Source: Mycobacterium sp. 663a-19
GTDB taxonomy: Bacteria; Actinomycetota; Actinomycetes; Mycobacteriales; Mycobacteriaceae
Assembly (NCBI RefSeq): GCF_035616495.1
Contig: NZ_JAPJAV010000002.1
Location: forward strand, 127,762-159,761
DNA: 32,000 bases
Direction of reading: 5' to 3'
The notes under the pieces are model-generated. The model searched no databases and was not told where the DNA came from. It was given only the letters and a program-made list of their open reading frames with translations. This document shows positions 1-6,801 of this stretch, piece by piece; within the stretch, counting starts at the first letter, position 1; every line of letters starts with the position of its first letter. A program made the translations under genes and the position numbers.

Positions 1-14
1 ATCCAGCCGGCAGG

Positions 15-527
15 CTAGGCACCGACGGCGATCAGCAGCTGCCGCGCAGTCCTTGCGGTCTTCTTACGACGCAGCGCCTGCGAGATCGACGCACCCGCCA
101 AGTCGTCACGCTTGATGCGCATGATTCGATCGCCCACAACGGGATCGGACGTGAACCTTCCGAGCAGCTCGAGGATTTCGGGTAAATCTGAACGCAATCG
201 ATCGGACTCGAACTGCCAGGCCGGGAACCACGTGTTGTTGCCGACGGTCAAGCCAAGGAGTTGGCCGCGCCGGCGAAGCTGGTGGACCGCCTGAGGTGAG
301 TCGTATCCCAGGCGGGATTGGGCGTCTCGCGTCGAGATCGCGCCCTCGAGGAAATCGCTCATCAGACCGCTGCGGCGCTCGTCGTTGAGCTTGCGGGCGG
401 CGACTCGTTCCAGCTGTTCTCTCGGCGCCGTCGGCGCGTCGAGTAGGTCCTCGAGGAGCTCGGCGAAATCGGGATCGCGTCGAGCTCTTTCCTCGACTTG
501 GCTGACAAGCAGGGCGACTGGAGGCAT
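15..527 (-). CDS. Hypothetical protein; possible HTH/Xre-type antitoxin-like protein with a DUF2384-like C-terminus
   Basis: ORF-track frame 15..692, trimmed to the ATG at 527 (MPPVALLVSQVEE...). The 55 upstream codons are Arg/Pro-rich and run into the divergent gene. The C-terminal half (WFPAWQF...LPEILELLGRF...DDLAGASISQALRRKK) resembles Xre/MbcA/ParS-type toxin-binding domains, from memory only. GC is locally lower: I counted 72/120 (60%) in 61-180. Confidence 0.55.
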   Translation of the reverse strand: MPPVALLVSQVEERARRDPDFAELLEDLLDAPTAPREQLERVAARKLNDERRSGLMSDFLEGAISTRDAQSRLGYDSPQAVHQLRRRGQLLGLTVGNNTWFPAWQFESDRLRSDLPEILELLGRFTSDPVVGDRIMRIKRDDLAGASISQALRRKKTARTARQLLIAVGA

Positions 528-546
528 ACAGTCATCGTACGCCGGT

Positions 547-574
547 GCTTGCAATTGAAACAATTGTAACAAGC
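547..574. promoter_or_regulatory. Operator-like composite palindrome GCTTG-CAATTG-AAA-CAATTG-TAA-CAAGC in a divergent promoter region
   Basis: Read directly from the sequence. Two self-complementary CAATTG hexamers 3 nt apart are flanked by GCTTG/CAAGC. The site lies in the 109-bp gap between the starts at 527 (-) and 637 (+). Confidence 0.35.
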
Positions 575-636
575 CGCCGGGTTGTGCCGAACGAGTACGA
601 TTGGGGCGATCGCGCGGGAACCTTAGGAGAAGCGCC

Positions 637-1302
637 ATGAGTCTGGTAGCCGGACGTGGTCCGCTCAGCGGCGATCCCGCCGGGCGGTTCATTCCGCCGC
701 TGCCCGCCGACGTGGTCTACATCGAGCCACATCCGCGGCGCGTGCAGGCCCTACGCAACGGGCGCCCGGTGATCGACACCGAGCGGGCGCTGCTGGTGCA
801 CCGGCGCGGTCATCCGCTCAGCTACGTCTTCCCGGTCGACGAGGTCGGCGACCTGGCAGGCGAACCCGAGCCGGAGGCGCCGGGCTTCGTCCACGTGCCG
901 TGGGGCGCCGTGGACACCTGGGTCGAGGAGGGCCGCAAACTCGTTCACTACCCGCCGAATCCGTACCACCGCGTCGACTGCCGCCCGACGAAGCGTCGCC
1001 TGCGCGTCTCGGTTGCCGGCGCCACGCTGGTGGACACGGACGACACGGTGATCCTCTTCGAGACCGCGCTGCAGCCGCGGCTCTACGTCGACCCCGCACA
1101 CGTGCGCACCGACCTGCTGCGGCGCTCGGAGACATCGAGCTACTGCAATTACAAGGGCTTCGCGACGTATTGGTCCGTCGGCGCCATCGAAGACGTCGCC
1201 TGGAGCTACGAGGATCCGCCCCCGGAAAGCCTTCCCATCAAGGGGTTTTTCAGCTTCGACGACGCCCGCGCCGACGTCGTCGCCGAGCTGCCACCCACCT
1301 AG
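637..1302 (+). CDS. DUF427 domain-containing protein (221 aa, with an extra N-terminal DUF427-like half)
   Basis: ORF-track frame 601..1302. The ATG at 637 is preceded by AGGAGA at 625-630. The C-terminal part carries the DUF427 signature region (RRLRVSVAGATLVDT...SYCNYKGFATYWSV...AWSYEDP). Confidence 0.85.
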   Translation: MSLVAGRGPLSGDPAGRFIPPLPADVVYIEPHPRRVQALRNGRPVIDTERALLVHRRGHPLSYVFPVDEVGDLAGEPEPEAPGFVHVPWGAVDTWVEEGRKLVHYPPNPYHRVDCRPTKRRLRVSVAGATLVDTDDTVILFETALQPRLYVDPAHVRTDLLRRSETSSYCNYKGFATYWSVGAIEDVAWSYEDPPPESLPIKGFFSFDDARADVVAELPPT

Positions 1303-1381
1303 CCCCGCGAAACTGTATTCCACTACACATCGCCCGAGTAGCGGCGTCGGTAGTTACAGTCTCGCGGAAAGCCTTACAACG

Positions 1382-2536
1382 TCAGGAGTAGCTCGGGCGC
1401 CCGAGCTTGAGCGCGTGCTGGGCGATCATGTTGCGGAACACCTCGAGGGTGCCGCCGTAGATCCCGAGCGGCAGCGCCAGCCGGTAAAGGTGTTCGGCGG
1501 CGCCGTCGGCGGCGGAGCCGGGGGCGTCGGCGGGCAGCGCCGACGCCGTCCCCAGGATGTCCATCAAATCCGCGGAGACCTCGCGCATCGTCTGCGCGAT
1601 CGCGACTCGCCCGAACATCCCGGGCGTGGACAGCGCCGCCTCCATCCGTGCGACGGCGCGCCCGAGCCGGTATTTCACCGACTCGTCGTCCACCTGGGCG
1701 ACGAGCGCCGCGACGGTGTCGACGACCTCGGCCATCACGTCGCCGTGGGCCCCCATCGCCGCAATGTATTGCAGGCCATGGTCTTCCGGATCCACCATGC
1801 CGTGCTCGGAGTCCAGCGCCGCGCGCATCACTGTCCAGCCGCCGTTGACTTCGCCGATGCGGTAGAGGTCGTCGACGCGGACGTCGCTGTAGTAGACGAT
1901 GTTGGTGCGGTCGCCGTCCAGGGTGCGGATGGGTTGGATCTCGATGCCCGGCGAATCGAGCGGCACCAGAAACATGGTCAGGTTCTTGTGTTTCGGGCCC
2001 TGCGGGTCGGTGTTGGTGAGCAGGAAGACGTAGCGCGCGTTCTGCGCGTTGGACGTGAACATCTTGGAGCCGTTGATGATCCACGCCCCGTCGGAGCCGT
2101 CCTGCACCGCCCGGGTCTTGCAGGTGGCGACGTCGGAGCCGCCCTCGGGTTCCGTGTAGCCCAGACAGAGCCGGATCTCGCCGGACAGCACCCCCGGCAC
2201 CACCATGTCGGCGAGCTGCGGCGCGCCGAATTGCTGCACCAGCCGCGCCACGACCGAGGTGGTCCCCCAGTGATACCAGGGCGTGTGGGCCCGGGCGATC
2301 TCGAGCGCAAAGATGCGCCGCCGGACCGGGCTGAACCCGCCCTCGGACTCCAGCCGCCAATCCGCGGCCAGGTATCCGGCTTCGCCCAGCGCCAGATGCA
2401 CTCGCTCGTCGAAGTTTTCGCCGAGTTCGCGCTGGCGGCGCAGCACGTCGTCGGTGACGTGCTTGGCGATGAACGCGCGGGTCTCGTCGAGGAACGCCTG
2501 GTCCTCGGGGCTGAGCTCGACGGGTGAGAAGTCCAT
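1382..2536 (-). CDS. Acyl-CoA dehydrogenase family protein (FadE-like)
   Basis: 384-aa ORF with typical ACAD features (GYTEPEGGSDV, WIINGSKMFTSNA, C-terminal IYGGTLEVFRNMIAQH). Its ATG at 2536 directly abuts the upstream gene's stop (TAG|ATG). Confidence 0.92.
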   Translation of the reverse strand: MDFSPVELSPEDQAFLDETRAFIAKHVTDDVLRRQRELGENFDERVHLALGEAGYLAADWRLESEGGFSPVRRRIFALEIARAHTPWYHWGTTSVVARLVQQFGAPQLADMVVPGVLSGEIRLCLGYTEPEGGSDVATCKTRAVQDGSDGAWIINGSKMFTSNAQNARYVFLLTNTDPQGPKHKNLTMFLVPLDSPGIEIQPIRTLDGDRTNIVYYSDVRVDDLYRIGEVNGGWTVMRAALDSEHGMVDPEDHGLQYIAAMGAHGDVMAEVVDTVAALVAQVDDESVKYRLGRAVARMEAALSTPGMFGRVAIAQTMREVSADLMDILGTASALPADAPGSAADGAAEHLYRLALPLGIYGGTLEVFRNMIAQHALKLGRPSYS

Positions 2537-3451
2537 CTAGAGCGCGTCGATCACGAGGGTTCGGAAACGCTCGAGGGTGTCGAGCGCGTGCGCCATGCTG
2601 TCGCCGGGCAGGCCGACGCTGACCCAGGTCACCCCGATCTTGGCGAGCTTTTCCAGGCCGTCGAGGTAGGCGTCGGCGTTGAATTCGTCGCCGGCCGGGC
2701 TGCCGCCGTCGAAGTTGGTGAAGGTGATGTCGATCGCGGACCAGTCCCGGCCGGCCGCGTCGCAGCGGCGCCGCAGGTCCTCGATGCCGTCGGTGAGGCG
2801 CTGCACCGAATCGATGACGGCGGTGCCGGCCGTCTGCGCCAGCTGCGGCGGGGCCGGGAACGGGCACCAGCCGTCGCCGTACTGCGCGACCCGCTGGCGG
2901 GACGCCGTGGTGTTGCCGCCGATCCAGATCGGCGGGCTGCTGACGGGCCGGGGATGCGCGGTGATGCCGCGCGCGCTGAAATGCCTTCCCTCGTAGGAGA
3001 TGTCGTCGGTGGTCCAGATCGCCCGGATCACCTGCAGCGCCTCCTCGAACAGCTCCGCGCGCTCGTCGTAGCTGACACCCAGCGCCGCGAACTCGCGCTT
3101 GAGGTAACCGACTCCGACCGCGAGCGTGAACCGGCCGCCGGAGAGCAGATCCAGCGTGGCGCCGGACTTGGCCACCACGAACGGGTTTCGGTAGGGCAGC
3201 ACCACGATGTTGGGGATCAGCCGCAGCGTCGTCGTCGTCGCCGCCGCGAAACCCAGTGCGACAAAGGGATCCAGCGCGTCGTGCCCCCCGGCCTCCAGCC
3301 ATCGCTGCGACGGTGCCGGATGGTCGGTGAACCCGAAGCCGTGAATCCCCGCCGCCTCGGTGGCCGCCGCCACCTTCCCGATGCCGTCCCCGCTCGCCAG
3401 CTCCGGGTTGTACGGATGGCTGTGCATCGGGTGCGTGATGGTGAAACGCAT
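2537..3451 (-). CDS. LLM-class F420-dependent oxidoreductase (Rv2161c-type family)
   Basis: C-terminal 304 aa of ORF-track frame 2537..4354, starting at the ATG at 3451 (MRFTITHPMHSHPYNPEL...FTDHPAPSQRWLEAGGHDALDPF...VVLPYRNPFVVAK). This is a luciferase-like monooxygenase fold signature as I recall it. The upstream part of the frame is Arg/Pro-rich shadow sequence. Confidence 0.88.
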   Translation of the reverse strand: MRFTITHPMHSHPYNPELASGDGIGKVAAATEAAGIHGFGFTDHPAPSQRWLEAGGHDALDPFVALGFAAATTTTLRLIPNIVVLPYRNPFVVAKSGATLDLLSGGRFTLAVGVGYLKREFAALGVSYDERAELFEEALQVIRAIWTTDDISYEGRHFSARGITAHPRPVSSPPIWIGGNTTASRQRVAQYGDGWCPFPAPPQLAQTAGTAVIDSVQRLTDGIEDLRRRCDAAGRDWSAIDITFTNFDGGSPAGDEFNADAYLDGLEKLAKIGVTWVSVGLPGDSMAHALDTLERFRTLVIDAL

Positions 3452-3456
3452 GGCGG

Positions 3457-4359
3457 TCAGAATCGCGCGCGCGAGTCGATCGCCGTGTCGCTGGTGCGCA
3501 GCGGGCGGATCAGCGCCTCCTGCGCGAACGAGCACAACAGCTCGCCCTCCTCCGAATGCACGGTGCCGCGCACGTACGACATTCCCGCGCCGACCTGGGT
3601 GCTCTCGTGCGTGTAGAGCAGCCACCCGTCCCAGCGCACCGGCTCGTGGAACGCGACCGAGATGCTCATCGGCGCGGTGGACACCGTCAGGTGCGCCTGG
3701 GCGGTGCCGATCCCCGGGTGCGCCCGCATGGTGGTCGAAATGCCAAGGTGCCCGGTGAAATACGCGAGGAGCGCCTTGGCCAGGTCGTCGCGCGTCGGGA
3801 TCGGGTCGTAGCGCAGCCACGCGTAGAGCTCCGGCGGGCCGACCTCGTCGGGGCTGTTGACGTCGACCACGTCGACCAGGCGCAGTTCGCGGCCGACCAT
3901 CGGCATCTCGGACACGTTTGCGTCGACGGGCGCGGCGACGTCGGGCCGCGGCAGGTGGTGACGGATGACGTCGGCGGTCGGGACGTCGGCCAGCACCGTG
4001 ATGCTCAGGCAGCGCCGGCCGTTCTGATGCACCGCGACCACCGCGGTGGCGGTGGACCGGCCCTCGGCGACGACGTCGAGGACGAGCTCGATGGGCGGGC
4101 CGACGGCGACCGCGCGGGAGAACACCGCGTGCGCCGAGCGCACCGACTTGTCTCCGAATCGCTTGGCCACCGCGACGATCGCCTGGGCGAGCACCTGGGT
4201 GCCCTCGACCACCTGCCGCTCGTCGCCGACGGCGATGCCGGTGTCGCCGGTGAACCGGTCCTGCCCGTCGGCCCGCACGTCGAACAGGTCCAGCAGGCCC
4301 TGCACCGTCCACTCGGTCTGCTGGGATTCCTCGGAAACCTTGCTCAAAGCGCACTCCAC
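3457..4359 (-). CDS. Acyl-CoA thioesterase II-like (TesB-type double hotdog)
   Basis: 300-aa ORF with a GTG start at 4359 (a TTG four codons in is possible). It shows the TesB-like pattern (FTGDT...VEGTQVLAQAI...SAHAVF...LAYFTGH...MSISVAFHEP). There are only 5 nt between its stop and the next start. Confidence 0.85.
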   Translation of the reverse strand: MECALSKVSEESQQTEWTVQGLLDLFDVRADGQDRFTGDTGIAVGDERQVVEGTQVLAQAIVAVAKRFGDKSVRSAHAVFSRAVAVGPPIELVLDVVAEGRSTATAVVAVHQNGRRCLSITVLADVPTADVIRHHLPRPDVAAPVDANVSEMPMVGRELRLVDVVDVNSPDEVGPPELYAWLRYDPIPTRDDLAKALLAYFTGHLGISTTMRAHPGIGTAQAHLTVSTAPMSISVAFHEPVRWDGWLLYTHESTQVGAGMSYVRGTVHSEEGELLCSFAQEALIRPLRTSDTAIDSRARF

Positions 4360-4385
4360 CTCTCGCTAGCAGCTCACGGCTCAGC

Positions 4386-4413
4386 GTGACACTTTGAGTA
4401 GGATTTGTAAAGG
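4386..4413 (+). promoter_or_regulatory. 28-bp bipartite motif copy A: GTGACAC-N12-TTGTAAAGG (promoter/operator candidate)
   Basis: GTGACACTTTGAGTAGGATTTGTAAAGG, read directly. Both ends are identical to copy B at the same spacing. An ATG (4424) follows 10 nt after the motif. Confidence 0.45.
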
Positions 4414-4463
4414 TGGGCTAACAATGCGCGGGCGCGGCAAATTGACACCGGTACCCGCGGTGC

Positions 4464-4491
4464 GTGACACTTTTGCGGTGTTTTGTAAAGG
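4464..4491 (+). promoter_or_regulatory. 28-bp bipartite motif copy B: GTGACAC-N12-TTGTAAAGG (promoter/operator candidate for the 4501 operon)
   Basis: GTGACACTTTTGCGGTGTTTTGTAAAGG, read directly. It ends 9 nt before the ATG at 4501. GTGACA resembles a -35 element and TAAAGG a weak -10, with 16-nt spacing. This would imply a leaderless or near-leaderless mRNA. Confidence 0.45.
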
Positions 4492-4500
4492 CATGGGCGG

Positions 4501-5319
4501 ATGATCCCCGAGCCGGTCGCCAACGGCTTCTGCTTCGGCGAGGGCCCGCGCTGGTTCGAGGGCCTGCTGTGGTTCTCCGACATGCTGGGCGAAGCCGTGC
4601 ACACCTCGACCATGACTGGCTCGTTGACCACGCTGCCGCTGCCCGGCCACTCGCCGTCCGGGCTGGGCTTCCGGCCCGACGGGTCGCTGCTGATCGCCTC
4701 GACCGAAGACCGCCGGGTGTTGTGCTACGACGGCGAGACCGTCGTCACGATCGCCGACCTGACCGACATCACCCCGGCCGCCCTCGGTGACATGGTCGTG
4801 GACGACGCCGGGCGCGCCTACATCGGGTCGCAGGCGTTCTCCGGCGGGGTGATCGTCCGCCTCGATCCCGACGGCAGCGCCGCCGTCGTCGCCGGGGACC
4901 TCGACTTCCCCAACGGGATGGTCATCACGCCGGACCGCAAGACGCTGATCGTCGCCGAGTCGGTAGGCCGGCGGTTGACCGCGTTCACCATCGGCGAGGA
5001 CGGCGCGCTGCACGGCCGCCGGACCTTCGCCGACGGCCTCGACGGCCCACCCGACGGCATCGCGCTGGACGCCGACGGGGCGGTGTGGACGTCGATGACG
5101 CTGGCCCACCAGTTCGAACGGGTCGCCGAGGGCGGCGCGGTGACCGACCGCATCGACATGGGCGAGCGTGTCGCCATCGCCTGCGCGCTCGGCGGCCCCG
5201 AGCGCCGCACGCTGTTCCTGCTGTCGAGCACCGACGCGTATCCCCAGCGCCTGGCCGGCACCCGGCTCTCCCGGCTGGACGCCGTCACGGTGACCACCCC
5301 CGGCGCCGGCCTGCCCTGA
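4501..5319 (+). CDS. SMP-30/gluconolactonase/LRE family protein
   Basis: 272-aa ORF with beta-propeller lactonase-type motifs (GEGPRW, GLGFRPDGSLL, DFPNGMVITPDRKTLIVAES, PDGIALDADGAVW). Confidence 0.9.
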   Translation: MIPEPVANGFCFGEGPRWFEGLLWFSDMLGEAVHTSTMTGSLTTLPLPGHSPSGLGFRPDGSLLIASTEDRRVLCYDGETVVTIADLTDITPAALGDMVVDDAGRAYIGSQAFSGGVIVRLDPDGSAAVVAGDLDFPNGMVITPDRKTLIVAESVGRRLTAFTIGEDGALHGRRTFADGLDGPPDGIALDADGAVWTSMTLAHQFERVAEGGAVTDRIDMGERVAIACALGGPERRTLFLLSSTDAYPQRLAGTRLSRLDAVTVTTPGAGLP

Positions 5320-5336
5320 CACCCGAAAGGTGGACG

Positions 5337-6158
5337 ATGACCGACTCCTACTACGAGCTCATCGACCCGGCCGGCGCGCTGGGCGAGAAGTTCGGTGCCA
5401 CCGACCTGGCGCGCGGCACCTGGTCGGCCGCGATACAGCACGGCGGGCCGGTGTCGGCGCTGCTGGTCCGGGCGCTGGAGCGGTGTGAGCGGCGCGACGA
5501 CACCCGGCTATCGCGGGTCGTCATCGACCTGCTGGGCGGGGTGCCGGCCGAGGGCGACCTGTGGGTCACCTCGCGGGTGCTGCGCGGCGGCAAGCAGATC
5601 GAGCTGGTCGGCGCCGAGATGCTGGCCCCCGGCCCCGATGGCGAGCCGCGGCCGGTGGCGCGCGCCAGCGGCTGGCGGTTGCAGCACCACGACACCGAGG
5701 CGGTGGCGCATTCCCCGGCGCCCCTGCCTCGGCCGCGGACCGAGGCCCGCAGCCGCGACATGAAGCCATTGGATTGGGACCGCAACTACGTGCACAGCCT
5801 GGACTGGCTGTGGCTCACCGAACCGCTGAGCGCGGGCCCGGGCGAATCCTGGATCAACCCGACCGTGGACCTCGTCAAGGGCGAGACCATGACGCCGCTG
5901 GAGCGCCTGTTCGCGGTGGCCGACTGCGCCAACGGCATCGGCAGCAAGCTGGACATCAGCAAGTGGACGTTCGTCAACACCGACCTGGCCGTGCACGTGT
6001 TCCGCGTTCCCGACGGCGACTGGATCGGCATTCGCGCGGAGACCAGCTACGGGCCCGACGGCGTCGGCACGACGGTCGGCACGCTGTTCGATGAGCAGGG
6101 CGCGGTCGGCGCCATCCAGCAGGCGGTGCTGGTGCGCCGGCGGCCCAAGCGAGCCTGA
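5337..6158 (+). CDS. Thioesterase-family protein (acyl-CoA thioesterase-like double hotdog)
   Basis: ORF-track frame 5085..6158, trimmed to the ATG at 5337 (MTDSYYELIDP...), which is preceded by GAAAGGTGGA. The N-terminus (WSAAIQHGGPVSALLVRALE) and C-terminal half are typical of this family as I recall it. Confidence 0.8.
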   Translation: MTDSYYELIDPAGALGEKFGATDLARGTWSAAIQHGGPVSALLVRALERCERRDDTRLSRVVIDLLGGVPAEGDLWVTSRVLRGGKQIELVGAEMLAPGPDGEPRPVARASGWRLQHHDTEAVAHSPAPLPRPRTEARSRDMKPLDWDRNYVHSLDWLWLTEPLSAGPGESWINPTVDLVKGETMTPLERLFAVADCANGIGSKLDISKWTFVNTDLAVHVFRVPDGDWIGIRAETSYGPDGVGTTVGTLFDEQGAVGAIQQAVLVRRRPKRA

Positions 6159-6171
6159 GCCGGAGGAAATC

Positions 6172-6199
6172 GTGACACCTCGGCAATACTTCGTAAAGT
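6172..6199 (+). promoter_or_regulatory. 28-bp bipartite motif copy C: GTGACAC-N12-TCGTAAAGT, immediately upstream of the TetR gene
   Basis: GTGACACCTCGGCAATACTTCGTAAAGT, read directly. It ends 7 nt before the ATG at 6207. TAAAGT fits the TANNNT -10 pattern. There is no convincing SD, consistent with a leaderless transcript. Confidence 0.45.
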
Positions 6200-6206
6200 T
6201 TGAGAT

Positions 6207-6743
6207 ATGACCGTTCCGGCCGCGGCGACCGACGCCGACACCTCGACGCGCCAGCGCATCCTGCTGGCGACCGCCGAGGTGCTCGGCCGCAACGGCAAGA
6301 CCAAGCTCAGCCTGTCCGAGGTCGCCGCGCAGGCCGGGGTGTCGCGCCCGACGCTGTACCGCTGGTTCGCCTCCAAAGAGGAGCTGCTGTCCGCGTTCTC
6401 GCAATACGAGCGGCAGCTGTTCGAAAGCGGATTGGTCAAGGCCACCGCGGGCCTCAAGGGCGTCGACAAGCTCGACGCCGTGCTGCGGTTCATCGTGGAG
6501 TACCAGCATTCCTACTCCGGCGTGCGCATGGTCGACGTCGAACCCGAGCACACCATCGCCCAGTTCTCCCGCGTCATCCCGCAGATGCGCGACGGCCTGC
6601 AGCGGCACCTTCCCGGCCCCAACGCCGCGGTCAAGGCGGCGACGGTGATCCGGATCGCCATCTCGCACTACATCGTGCGCAGCGACGACGCCGAGCAATT
6701 CCTGGCCCAGCTGCGTCACGCCGTCGGCATCAAGGGCAGCTAG
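6207..6743 (+). CDS. TetR/AcrR family transcriptional regulator
   Basis: 178-aa ORF with an N-terminal HTH (RQRILLATAEVLGRNGKTKLSLSEVAAQAGVSRPTLYRWF). Confidence 0.9.
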   Translation: MTVPAAATDADTSTRQRILLATAEVLGRNGKTKLSLSEVAAQAGVSRPTLYRWFASKEELLSAFSQYERQLFESGLVKATAGLKGVDKLDAVLRFIVEYQHSYSGVRMVDVEPEHTIAQFSRVIPQMRDGLQRHLPGPNAAVKAATVIRIAISHYIVRSDDAEQFLAQLRHAVGIKGS

Positions 6744-6750
6744 TCCGTTT

Positions 6751-6792
6751 GCCGCGACCGTGCGTATGCGTACAACTGCGCACGCTCGCGGC
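6751..6792. terminator. GC-rich hairpin between convergent genes (candidate bidirectional, I-shaped terminator)
   Basis: GCCGCGACCGTGCG (6751-6764) pairs with CGCACGCTCGCGGC (6779-6792). The stem is 14 bp with one mismatch and a 14-nt loop. It fills most of the 58-bp gap between the stops at 6743 and 6802. There is no U-tract. Confidence 0.45.
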
Positions 6793-6801
6793 GAAGACGG
6801 A

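Noticed and set aside
1305-1367. Inverted repeat CCGCGAAACTGTA ... TACAGTCTCGCGG (13 bp, one mismatch) between the convergent DUF427 and ACAD genes.
   Set aside because: The 37-nt loop makes a stable terminator hairpin doubtful, and there is no U-tract. It is noted only as a possible weak structure.
2537-4354. N-terminal extensions of ORF-track frames (2537..4354, 15..692, 5085..6158, 16893..18293, 21637..23373, 23621..24901, 24256..26790, 27775..29406, 28620..30071).
   Set aside because: The recognisable domain begins at an internal start with an SD or a stop/start overlap. The upstream parts are Arg/Pro-rich and overlap neighbouring real genes, so I trimmed them.
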